From Paragordius varius (lineage: Eukaryota; Animalia; Nematomorpha): a DNA stretch of 64,000 nt. The stretch's first letter is position 1. Every line of letters starts with the position of its first letter. Both the position numbers and the translations under genes were made by a program. The notes below the pieces were generated by a model. That model saw nothing but the letters and a program-made list of their open reading frames with translations. It was not told the DNA's origin and made no database searches. Where the stretch lies: the NCBI GenBank assembly GCA_964247055.1, contig OZ176050.1:10788001-10852000 (forward strand), written 5' to 3'. Shown here one piece after another: positions 38,901-53,534 of the stretch.

Positions 38901-41900
38901 ATTTTCAAAAGATTTAATTTCTTCATAACTAAATCGTTGCGTGAGTTTTATATTATCAAATAAAATAGAGTAAAATCGTATAATCAACATAAAAATTGAT
39001 ATTTAACAATAATATAGAATTATCAAAAATTACCATTGTATTTTTGTATTTTTTAAGTACACTTCGATTAAGGGCTAATTGACCCTAGAAAATAAATGAG
39101 AGAAATTTGTTTACGTGAGGTTATTTATCAAACATACGAATTTTTTATAATATAATAAAACATTGCATGGCTCTCCAATGAAATATTTTAGCATGAAATA
39201 ATATTAAATTATTTCGAAAGAATAATTTTTGTGAAACCTATTTTATAGAGAAAATAATTTAAATATATCTAGGTGCCATAAACTCCGAATACCATTTTTA
39301 AATATGTACTTTTTATTACCCAAACAAATTTGCATTATTTTTATTATTTTCTTATAAGTTGAACGATGTAAATTTAACATAAATATTATTTGGCGTTAAA
39401 AGTTTAAATATATATTTATAAAATAAATTTAATATGCAAAATTGATAAAACCTTATTAATGAATTGATTTTGCATGAATTGTAATCGTTCTCGCAATTGG
39501 CCACATTCATCTTCTAATTCTTTGATCCTTTCCCACGGGTCAGGTCCAAGCGGTATTTGTTTTACTAAAAAGTTAACAATTAATTAAATTTATTTACATA
39601 AAAATGATTTACATAACTGACCAATTATTTTTGCATAAAAAATGTAAGATGGATTAGTTATATATACATACAATCAATTCAAATTCACCCTTAAACAATT
39701 CAAATTCTCCCTAAAAATAAATTATGTGTTTTAGGGCTAATATAACTCATTTATATGGAATATATCTTTATGGTTTGATTTATTATTTTTTCAGTAGTAT
39801 ATAAAATTAAACAAAATTTCATTTTTTTTAAATATAAAAAAATATAGGTAATTTTTAATCTTAAAAAACAGATAATTTATTTTAGGGTAAATTTAAATTG
39901 TTCCAGGGTGTAAATGTTATGCTAATATCACATATTTACAGTCATGTATGTTTAGAATTGTCAGATATACGTTTTTACTTGATTTTATTTTGTTTTTAAT
40001 TGTTTACAATAAAAAAGCTATTATTATTTTAATGCTTAAAAATGCACTTGTTGAAAGTTGACATATCAAACATTAAAACAATTAAAAACAAATTATAATC
40101 ATTTAAAAACGAATTTCTGTCAATTCTACATATACATGACTGTAAATGATTTTAGAGTAAAAAATACGGCTTGAATACATTTTAATAATAAATAAGTAAC
40201 AAACTTGCAAAAGATTTTTGACAAAAATAAGTTTCCTTTAAACTAACTGCTGTAAAACATACTTGGCTCAAAATTTAACTTATTAGAGCGTAATCTATCA
40301 AGCGCTTCCATTAATTCAGATTCGGTTTTTGATTCCGCGTGATTTTCAACATTTTCATTGGTTGATTCATCGTTTATCTCATCTTTAGCTATTATAGGAG
40401 GTTCAATAGTAATGGGCGAAAGGGAAACGTCACTCCATTCATTCCAATTTTCACATGCAATATTTTGGTTTGATGTTTCGCTATCTTTGGTAAAATGATA
40501 TTATATCAATTAAGGTTAAAATGTATACACAGTATATTATTATATAAAATATAATTGGTAAAAGTTAAATGAAATAGATAAATACATTATATATAATTTT
40601 ATGATTTATACATTATATAATATAATAAATTTCTATAAAAATACTTATATTGTCAGTTTCTTTCGTTGTTTGATCTTTTGCATTTAGTGCTTTTTGCATA
40701 ATTTCAACCTAGATAAAATATAAAAAATTTGATCCAAAATAATTAATTAAATTAACATTGAAACCAAATTAAACAAAAAACAAATGTACATTATGATTTA
40801 ATTAAAAAATTATTAAACATACATAATATATTGATATTAAGTAGTTTGTCCTAAAAAGGGCAAACTAAATAGCTTCAGTTTATAATTAAAGTTGTGATTA
40901 TGGTTTCAGTTTTAACGGCCTTAATATATTTTTATACGATGTCAATGTAGCCACAAAAATATAATATATAAATATGTTGATTTTTTCTAAAAAACTCTGA
41001 TAAAAGACAACAGTATATGGAAAAATTGGGGCGCATTGGAAATAATCTCGTTTTCTAAGATTAGAATAATAGACTCTATGTTTGGCAATTATTTGCTAAA
41101 TTAGTATAAATTATCTAAAATAAATTAAAAAATTAACCATTGGATCCCTTTGGAACACCAGTTAAAATTTTAAAAACGATCCTGTTTTTTTAACATTTTT
41201 CACTTAAAAAATAGTCTCAAAACTCGGGTATAATCTTTATAAAAAAATGCCCCAAAATATTATGTTCCAGAATACAAATTGCGTATGGCATAAAACATTA
41301 TTAGTCCATGAAAGAATAAAAAAATGGTTTTTAAAAAAAAATAAGTCTAGTTGTATACACGCATATCCATAATCCCTTGTTTTTTTTTTCAAAGAAAAAC
41401 ATTTTTTATTCTTTTATGGACTATTATTATTTTATGCCATACGCTACTGTAATTTATGACATATTTTACATCTTGCTGTAGTTTATGGATTTGTGCATCT
41501 TTATCCTCCAACATGGAACGAAATGAAAATTCTAAATGTTCTTTGGCTTGTTGATTCAATTGAGATGCCTCCTGCATTTCTTGTATTCTGCGTAACGTTT
41601 TATCTTGAAATTGACTCAAGGTATTCTGAGAAATTTTAATATATAAAAATCATAATTATCAGTTTTTTAATATTAAAATAAGAATAAGAATTTGGTAATA
41701 AAATAAAAAACTAGATCATTTAAAAAAGATTTGATAAAAATAGGTGAAAAGGGAAATATTAAGAAAATATAAGGACAAACACCGCTCTAATCAAAAATTC
41801 AGTAATAAAGTTACAGAGAATTAATATTGCAGGATACTTTTAGATTAAATTAATATTAGTGTTTTGGTCATAATTTAATATATATAAACTGTAATCCAAA

Positions 41901-42856
41901 AACTATACTAAAATAAAAAAAGGACGGTAAATAAAAATATATAAGATTAAAAAATAAAATCAATCAATAACTAATAATTAATATATTAGCTGATTTATTG
42001 TAAAAACAAAAAAACACTTGAATTGAATATACTTATTATTTTAAATTAAAATTGGTATTTTCGTATGATTATGTCCGATAAATATAAAATTATATAAAAA
42101 GGAATTATATATTATAACCAATAAGTTTGAATAACCATAAATTTGATAAATAAAAAACAGTAGGAACGACCTAAAAAATGGTTTAAAATGTTATTAACAC
42201 AAAGACGTATAATTATAATCCGTTTTATGGATATAATAAAAAAGTTTGAATTTACCTGCATTTTTTCACGTTCCTTTTCCAATGTTTTATAGGCATAGGT
42301 TACCTATTTGTTATAAGGAGTAAATTATTAAATGTAAAACATAAAGTATAAAATATAAATTACTTCTGAGTATCTTCCGCGATATTTGGTTAATTGAGTC
42401 AAAACTTTTTTTACTTTATAAAATAACTGTTCTTTGCTAAAAACATCTAAATTAGCCATATCCTGAACATAGAGATCCTCACCAAATTCGCTACCGCATT
42501 CACTTTCAATATCGGATTGTGGCTAAAATAAAAATCATATATGTGTACAATGTTTATATTAAAAAAATAATCTGATATAAATTATATAATCACTATGTAT
42601 TTTGGTTTCGCGATATTGAAAGTTTTAATTTCAGGGGAGGATGATGTAGGCAGAATTTGGGATAATGAAGTATTGAATTCGCAATAATTCGTAGAACCCA
42701 GAGTGTTGGGCGTTGTGGATTCGACTTCTTTATTTTCATGTATTTCCTGGCAATAAATTTTAATAATACCAGTAATTTTGGCAATATAGGTAAATCTTTA
42801 ATAATCTCCAAATTTTCACCGGAGTCTTCGAGTTTCTTTTTTAAATTCTTGAACAT
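32978..42856 (-). CDS. GOLGA4: Golgin-245 / GOLGA4-like coiled-coil GRIP-domain golgin, multi-exon
   Basis: N-terminus MFKNLKKKL. KYRGRYSE-VTYAYKTLEKEREKMQ-NTLSQFQDKTLRRIQE...AKEHLE...LEDKD matches the GOLGA4 N-terminal block. GRIP domain ELEYLRKIVYEYIMGQE-TMAKVLSVVLKF. Firm exons: 42856-42770, 42746-42594, 42522-42364, 42303-42256, 41625-41470, 38202-37182, 33593-33427 and 33106-~33008. Several middle exons and the last exon are approximate. Confidence 0.88.
39668..39916. mobile_element. Foldback-like MITE with 21-bp subterminal repeats, copy 2
   Basis: Same arms and core as 13603-13905. Lies in a GOLGA4 intron next to a Tc1-type MITE. Confidence 0.75.
39939..40142. mobile_element. 204-bp Tc1/mariner-type MITE, copy 1
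   Basis: TIRs CAGTCATGTAT.T.TAGAATTG.CAGA, flanked by TA on both sides. Near-identical same-length copy at 46789-46992. Confidence 0.9.
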
Positions 42857-43949
42857 TGTTGCTATTATTTATAAGCAAATGTGAAATAATGCCATATGTG
42901 TTACCATTTATCGCTTGTAACATTTACGAGAGAACTTTTGGTGGGGTTATAACTACGAGAAAAGGCTAATCTTAAAAGTTTTTGCGATATCAATTGATTA
43001 ATGGACCTTATGAAATATTATATTTTTTTACAAAACGACCGTTTTTTCTAAGCTCATACTTGGACCCTTCTTTGTTTTTATCACAAAATCACTCAAACTT
43101 CTTTGATATATATATATATATATATATATATAGCCTTCAGCTAAGTTAATGGGCGCAAAGATGTAATATAAAATATTTTTCGCCCTCTTACCATAGGTGT
43201 TTTATATTTCCTTTTGTTTTGGATAAATTCCACTCTGCTTTAGAATACAATAAGTTAATGGCTGAAGCAAAGAGGAATAATCAAAAAAATTACTAATCTG
43301 ACTCTCATAATAGTGATAACTTTCTATCGTTAACCCAAATCGAATAATTTTAAAAAATCTTAATGTGATTAAATTTATGGTTGTATGATAAAGCTTTTGA
43401 ATAATATACAAAAGTTATGCATCTTAAAAGCTTGTCAAACATTTTTAGGTGTATATTTGTATGCCGCATGTTTTTGGTGTAATGTGACCAGATAGGCTGT
43501 TTTTCGCAGTACAGTACTGGTTTTTCAGAAAAAAACTGCGACTGTACCGCCCCCACTTTTGTACTGCTTTTTGATATTCAAAAAAAATTAAATTTTATTT
43601 TAAATATATATTTAATACCTTTTATATTTAAAAAAATAAATTTTAAAATTCGATAAGTATCCTCTGTAAAAATAACCCCATAATTTGTAAGGTTTATTTT
43701 GTAGTAAAAAACAAAGATTGGCCTATTTTTAATTGGTTAATATTTTATTTTCTGCTCTTGAACAAAAAATTTAATTTTGGATCGTTCAAACCGCTCATGA
43801 TTCAGCTTCTCCCGGAGTGGCGAAATTATAAATCTCGGACTCCACCGTAAGATTCAGGCTTATGGCTCTTTCACCTAGGGCTTCCGCAAAAAGAGATGCC
43901 TCAAAATTTAAAATTAACAAAAATTTATGATATTTAATAAATGTTTGAT

Positions 43950-44424
43950 CAAGTTTAGTTTGTTATAAATCAAACGGAAAATTATATAGAAAATTGTTAT
44001 TCTCGTAAAATTATATTCAAAATTTATTATATATGGCATATGATTTCGAAATAACCTGTTTTTCGTAAAGAATAAAAGTTTTCACGTTTTCTTTACTTAT
44101 AAGAGTATGATATTTTTAATTTTTTTTCTAAACATTAATTTTATTAGTTTTCTTATTTTTTGCATAAACAAATTTGAAATGTTTTGTTAAAGCGTACTTG
44201 AAACTATTTAGAAGCATGATGGAAACGGTAAAACGCTTTAAGATATAATAGCCTTTTTCTGAATAATTCGATGATATTGAACATTATTATATGTTTAGAA
44301 TTTTAAAGGTTTGTTTGGTTGCAGATTTTGTGAATTTTTGTAAAAAAACACAATTTTTGTTTAACATAAATTTGAAAACAAACTAATATTTTAAGCAAAA
44401 TTCTTAGTCAGAAAAATTTTCAGC

Positions 44425-44460
<36 letters not shown>

Positions 44461-44905
44461 GTTATAACATCTCAACCGTTTATATCGTTTCCGTCATGCT
44501 CAAAATAGTATGAAGTATGCTTCAACAAAATTTTGGTAAAAATTAAATTTTTAAAAGTAGGCATTTTTAAAAAAATATATGTAGTTGATATCAAAATTTA
44601 GCAAAATTAAAGTTCAATGTCGGAATTTTCGCGTTTATTTTAAGTACAACATTTTAAACAAAAAACCTGGTACTTTAGAGACCACATTTGAAAATTTAAA
44701 ATTTTTAAAAATATTGTTTTGCTTTTTATATGTAGTTAAGGTTATATTTTTTACAATAAGGCATTTAGCTTTCAAAAAATTATTTGAAAAAAGTGTACAC
44801 CTTTTGCAATTTTATACGGAGCCCCTACCGCAAAAGTGTAAATAATTTTTTTATTAACTCTTAAAAAACCAAAAGCACTATGATAATCCTGATATTCCTA
44901 TCATC
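43950..44905. mobile_element. Long-TIR non-autonomous element, degenerate copy
   Basis: The right arm 44460-44905 is the reverse complement of the arms at 53535 and 63107 (gcactatgataatcctga; catgctcaaaatagtatgaagta). The left arm is degenerate and its boundary approximate. (TA)n at the centre. Confidence 0.65.
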
Positions 44906-45267
44906 ATGATATTTATTGTGGAAACTGTGTAAATACCACACCGATGGTGTAAAAACAGGTAAGTATGTTTTGATTTTGTACTGCGTCAAAGTTAAAAATA
45001 TCTGGTCACATTATTTTGGTGTAAAATATTGACACCATTTAAATTCACAAATAATTTAAAGAATACCATCTTTATATTATCAATATTAAAAATGTATTCG
45101 GTATTATGGGAATACAGAGTTTCTTTTTTTTATTTATGATAATACAATTATGGGCATAAGCATTTCAATCCATATAATTTAATAATGCATAGTGTGAAAT
45201 TTTATTTCAGGTTTTAAGTTAATACGATATAAAATGCTTATTTTATCACACTGCCTCAAAAAGGTTA

Positions 45268-45537
45268 TAAATTACTTTAAACTTGGGGCCACAGAGACCT
45301 TGTCTGCGGCCTTCGAAAGATTTCGAAATATTATTTGGCAAAAATATGCTCCCAAAATGTTAAAATGTTGATATTTTTAAACAACTTTTCTGGATAAGTG
45401 TATACAATTGGGAAACTGGAAAAAAAATGTTATTGTGTTTCCATTTTACAGTCATGCCCTTATATATTTGGGATGCAGTTCGCCGAGTTTTTGGGCGAAA
45501 ATGCGGCCCGCCAGGCTATTTGTGTTGGACAGCCTTG
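45268..45537. mobile_element. hAT-type MITE
   Basis: Ends aaaatgcggcccgccaggctatttgtgttggacagccttg, matching the family terminus. Left boundary approximate. Confidence 0.55.
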
Positions 45538-46256
45538 CTTTAAACATAGATGATATTCTATAATTATTTATTTACCATTCAATAAAACGGAAACATCGGT
45601 CTAAAAATGATGTGATTTGTTAGACCTAATTTAATTAATATAATATCCGACAATTTTGCAATCTTCTAGGTATAATTTTATAATACAATTTGTACTATTA
45701 GATCATATGAATTAAGAATAATCTGTATAATGGCATTAATGTATATCATAGTTTTAGTATTTTCCACTTTTTCGATATATCACCGCTTTTTGGTAAAGAA
45801 ACAATTAAATGAAGGCAGCAAATCATTTTAAAATTTATGACTTCTTCAAAACGATAATAAAATAATTTTTCATCTTATTTCTTTGCTCTTAGTATGATGA
45901 TTTCAATTTTTGCTTATATATTGTTAGTCCCGCAAAATTTAGTATTTAAAGCGATAGCAATAGAATTATATTAAAATTAAATGCAAATCTAGTCGCTATA
46001 AAAGTTAACAGGATGGGATTTCACCTCAAACACAGGATACTATGATAATATGTAATAAGTTAGTGATTTATTTTATTAAAATACGGTAAGAATATACATG
46101 CATGAAATAAATTGCTATTAATTATTATATAATAAAAATCGGAATTGTATTTAGTAGTCAAAATATTAATATTAATTTGGGGAGCAAATCAGAATAATAT
46201 ATATATATATATATAGATTAGGTATTAAATAATAATTAAAAAATTTAGCTAGCTAG

Positions 46257-46291
<35 letters not shown>

Positions 46292-46788
46292 AAACAAGGA
46301 TTGACCAAACAAAATAAAATGATTGCGACATAAGTGCTGTTTTCATATTCGCAAAACAATTTTTTATGGAAGGAATGCTCTGTGGTGTTTAATAAAAAAC
46401 TGTTTAAATTTAATAAAATTTGTTTGAAACAAAATATCAAATGAATAAAAATGTGACATCAGTTAATGAAATAAAAAGCAAGTTAGTTATTAAATAACCA
46501 TACATCTTTCATTGTATCAAACTTCACGCAGCAATTACTTAATATTATACGGTTATCACATATATTGTGTTTGAGTGAAAAAAAACTATTTAACCCCCAT
46601 GGTAAAAATATATTGTGTGTTTTATTTGGTCAATATTGGTAATTATATATATAGGGACAATCGACATCTTACTATGAGTGTGTGTGCATATGTATATGGT
46701 ATAAAATATGGATTCTGGAAAAAAACATACGTCCAAATCTATAAACACATAAAATATAAATACAATAAAAAAATACAGTATGAATTTA

Positions 46789-46992
46789 CAGTCATGTATG
46801 TTTAGAATTGTCAGATATACGTTTTTAATTGATTTTACTTTGTTTTTAACTGTTTATAATAAATAAGCTATTATTATTTTAATGCTTAAAAATGCGCATG
46901 TTGAAAGTTGACATATCATACATCAAAACAATTAAAAACAAATTTTTATCATTTAAAAACGAATTTCTGTCAATTCTACATATACATGACTG
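46789..46992. mobile_element. 204-bp Tc1/mariner-type MITE, copy 2
   Basis: TA-flanked TIRs as at 39939-40142, with high identity throughout. Confidence 0.9.
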
Positions 46993-47494
46993 TAAGTGGT
47001 CGCTTATTTTACATATATAGCACACAGTAGTTTATGGAAAAAAAGAAAGGGAAAATTGTTTATTCAACATTTTGTTGTTTATTTTCCACACACTATTGTG
47101 TTGCATATTGCCCAACTATAGTGTAATATAAGCTACCATTATAATGCATACTGTGCATTGGATTTAAATATATTAGTCGAGAAGCTTACAAAAACTAGAA
47201 AAATGGTAATGGTATTGAACTAGTATAAAATATGTGTAAATATGCCATTAGAATTCTAAAAATGTTATAAAACCAAACAAAATAAATTTAACCGTTTGAA
47301 TAGGTAAAATAATTAATATTATGAGTAATAAATTCTCCTTTTTTAAATTTATTGCACTATTATGCTTTATATTAATTTTCTAAGAAAACTACATATTGAA
47401 ATTTTAGACTAGTATTTTTTGAAGCAGTCACACTAGCGGTCATAAATGCATTCATGCCAGCCTAGACTTTTTATAACCTTTTATCCAACAATAT

Positions 47495-47689
47495 TAGGCG
47501 TGATGGTATAGTAGGTAGGGCGACGGACTCTAACTCTGCGTGCCAGAGTTCGAACCCCGAAACTACGCATTTTTTCCATCATCACTGTCAGCCCTGGGCA
47601 GGCGAGTGTTAAAGCCTTCACATGTCCGGATACTATTTAAGTCCTTACCCTTTAATAAAAAAGGAAAAAAGAGACTCTAAACTGTAATA
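47495..47689 (+). mobile_element. tRNA-derived SINE, copy 1, with a 16-bp TSD
   Basis: Head GGCGTGATGGTATAGTAGGTAGG (A box) ... GAGTTCGAACCCC (B box). TSD TTTTATCCAACAATAT at 47479-47494 and 47690-47705. Second copy at 5661-5847. Confidence 0.9.
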
Positions 47690-47802
47690 TTTTATCCAAC
47701 AATATCCTATCATTACTTTTTACCAATCTGGTCTAACATTTTTCCCACCGTTTTAAACAAAATCTTTTAAACCTATTAATTTACCCTATTCCCATGGATA
47801 TA

Positions 47803-50008
<2,206 letters not shown>

Positions 50009-50429
50009 TTCGTTAATACCACGACTTGGCAAAAATCAATCGAAGTGAATTGTTATAGATAACGGGTTAACAATATGTTATAAAAAAGTAGCTTCGATGT
50101 TATGATATATTTTTAGAGCGTATAGTAAATATATCATAATTAATATATAAATAAGTATTTAAAATGTTAGCTTCAAACAAGTTTTCGGGAAACAATTTGG
50201 ATCCATTGTCCAAATTCCGACAAGGGTTACTAAACCGTATTAAAATTTTGGCCCCCGTGCAATAGGGGTGTTTTTAAAAAATGCATCCCAAAATTTGACA
50301 CGTTTTTAAAATATGGGGACCAAGTCGGTTTAAAAAATAAATTTTATCTATTTAAGAAAAGGGTTACTGACATTTTTTCTATAAGCCTATCAGTGATGCC
50401 CTATCTCCCGAAAAAAGGGTTTTATTTAA

Positions 50430-51009
50430 CACTTGGATACAACACATTCATTTTAGTCCTTCGATTCAAATTGGGGTAGTTAAATACCCCAGACCTGTTT
50501 AAAATTAAATTATTTAAAAAATATGGAAGGAATCAAAACCATTGCAAAATTTTGCACCTATATAACATTAATAAACCAAAATATATCAAAAGTTTTATTC
50601 AAAAATACTTAATATTACTTATTTTAAGCTAAAAGAGAGAGGTAAAAATTTAGTCAACCTGACATCTGTGCAATGACAAAATTGAAAAATATTACAAAAT
50701 AAACGGCTTTTTCTATTTTTATCAATGTTATATGTAATTTAAATAAGATATTAGCTTAAAAATTTCCCTTAATATTAAATGAATACGATATTTTGCAAAA
50801 AAAATTAAAATAAAAATGGCGTCGAAGTAGTTTGAGATGGAATTTTTTTTCAAAACAAAATTTTATTTACATATTTTGGCATATTTATGTAATTTTTATA
50901 AGGATAGAAGCATAAATTTAAATTGGGACCGTTTCATTCAATAGTTTTTTTAAAATCCTAATTTAAATTTAGGCTGGGGTATTTAGATACCCCAATTTGA
51001 ATCGAAGTG
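50430..51009. mobile_element. piggyBac-type MITE, copy 1
   Basis: TTAA at both ends (50426-50429 and 51010-51013). Termini CACTTGGATAC / GAATCGAAGTG. Internal inverted repeat TTCGATTCAAATTGGGGTA..TAAATACCCCAG is offset by about 27 nt on the left only. Confidence 0.8.
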
Positions 51010-52947
51010 TTAATCAATTTCAAAACAGACCTATTCGCATTTTAAAATCGATTTTTTTAGATTTTGCAAATGCTCAATGACAGAACTCCTAATTTTACCA
51101 GTTAGCTCCTTAAGAAAATGGCTTTTTTACCATATATTCAAAAAAACTATAGGGAACAAGTTAAGCCATATTCAAATTCAGAAGTTTATATTTTTTAGCA
51201 TTTATTAATTTGATGAGCCATTATTAAACAATGCCCATTAGTTCCCGATTTCTATTAACTCATTATATTTTTTGCACAGATTATATTTTAGGATAGTTCT
51301 ATACCCTAGAGTTTAAACTTGTAAATAAACTACTGTTTGGAAAGATGTTTTGGTTATAATTTAATTTTGAACTTTGTAATCCATTACTAGAAAAAAAACT
51401 TTATATTTTTTACAGTTTTTATTTTCAGGTCTCTAAAACTGGGAGAGCCCCAAAACACTATTATGGTCACTGATTTTATCGATAAATATCAAGAGCTTGC
51501 AGGTAAAATGTACCCTGAAATTCTAAAGTTAATTATATGTCTTTCTAATCATAATCATATATATTGGGAAGAAAATGGCTGCGAAAAAGTTTAAAATGAG
51601 AAATTTTAACACTAAAAAAATGTTTGAAGCATGCACCTCAAAAACTTATACTGCATGTTTTTATATATGTGTTACCTTTGTGATATTATTATTTTAAATC
51701 GCTCTAATGTATAAACTACCTAAGGTAAATAAGTCGACGTTTTTTAAATATATGTTGAGGCAATATACTGGGAAGCGAGCAGGCTCCGAATTCAATAATC
51801 AATACATTATTTAAAATGCGTAATAGTGACTTAGCTATTTATTAAAGCTCCTCAGCCCGATCTCTTTAAAATGGATTTTTGAATATATTGGTTTAGAAAC
51901 GATTTTTCGGAGAACCGGTAATAAAATATGATAATGATTTTTTTATTTTACCAGCGCCAACGGTTTCTGAACTATTTTTTAATTAACCATAATTGACCTC
52001 CATCGTAAAAAATAAGGTGAGCCATTAGAACTCCATTATAGCTATGATTTGCCGAAACATTCATTTTAAAAATATCAGGTTAACCCAATTCTATGGTTGT
52101 TATAGGCTGATTCTTACACGTTCCCTGCTTAATTCAAGTCATGTCGAAGTTTTTTATGACCCTTAGATTACTCCTAGCTTATGTGTAAAAATATTTGATC
52201 GAAATCTTAGACCAATTTTTCGGACAACGATAATCTTATAAAATGATTTATAGGTCAATATTAAATCAATGCGATCAATTTTAAGTAATAATAAAATTAG
52301 ACTGAATGCAAATTTTCTAATGTAAAACATGTAAAAATTTAATTCAGTCGTTTTGGCAACATCGAAGCCTGTCACTTGTTAAATAATGTATAATTGACTT
52401 ACAGATTTTTGACTTTTATCTTTTTAGTATTGCTTAAAGGCGTGATAATATAGTGGAGAGAGCCAAACTCTTACACTATGTGTTGGGTATGCCAGAGTGT
52501 TCTTCCCGAAATTGAGTAATTTATCAATCATCACCGTCAGCTCCAGGCAGTGGGGTTTAGATGTTTCACAGTTTTACTCTAACCCTTTATGTTTGTATAG
52601 GATTGTTAACTCAATGAGTTTTAAATTTGATAAACATTTTATGTATATAATATTGTATATGTCTTACGGATTAACATTTATTTTTTATAAAACTAAAATG
52701 GGACGCTGTAAACGTTTAAATTATAAGCAACCAATTAGTGCTAAATTCTCCAGGGCACTGTCTAATTGCCAAATTAACGTGCAATCATGAAACAATACCT
52801 TATTGCCAAGTAGTAAGGTCTAATTTTAAGGTAGTTTTATATTTAGAAAAACCAATAGTAGTATTTTGTTTTTTTATAATAACATAATAATTGGTAAAAA
52901 AGCGAATACAATTATTTATTAGAAACTAACATTTTCCAATTAGCGAG

Positions 52948-52986
<39 letters not shown>

Positions 52987-53234
52987 GTTGTGAAGTATTA
53001 TATATAATTTGAAAGAGCAAAATCCAACTCTTTTGTCATTTTCAATATGGCGTGAGAGACTTTTTATTTTAAAGGGTCAAATTTACCTGGTTAATGATTT
53101 AAATTAAAGATCTTAAATCATTCATAAATAAATACATTAGGGATAAAAAATATAATATAACACAAATAATTTTCAATAAATATTTAATGAATTTTTGAGT
53201 TGTATTACTTTTGGCCAAATCCAATTATTAAGAG

Positions 53235-53511
53235 CAGGGGTGTCTAGCACCCATAATATTTATACAGCCCGTGAGTAGTTTTGATTTTTTTTATCTAAGA
53301 ATTGATTTTCATAAACAAATTTTCTGAAGTAGTCTTTCCGAATTTCGACAATGAATTAGCAAAATATGTTAAAATAACCACAGATTTTTGCAGTCATATG
53401 TTTGAAATCTAATAAAATATTTATTAACGCCCATATATTTGCATATGTGGACCATCGGATTTTTCGATGTAAAAATGCGGCCCACAAAGCTATTTGTGTT
53501 GGATTCCCCTA
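53235..53511. mobile_element. hAT-type MITE
   Basis: caggggtgtctagcac ... aaaatgcggcccacaaagctatttgtgttggattccccta. Confidence 0.65.
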
Positions 53512-53534
53512 GCACAGTGTCCACAATAGAATAA

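Noticed and set aside
47497-47570. tRNA-like sequence with a CTA anticodon loop (amber suppressor candidate)
   Set aside because: The T-stem and acceptor stem pair poorly, the second copy has a different loop (CTTTTAC), and the sequence continues into a shared tail flanked by a 16-bp TSD. It is a SINE head.
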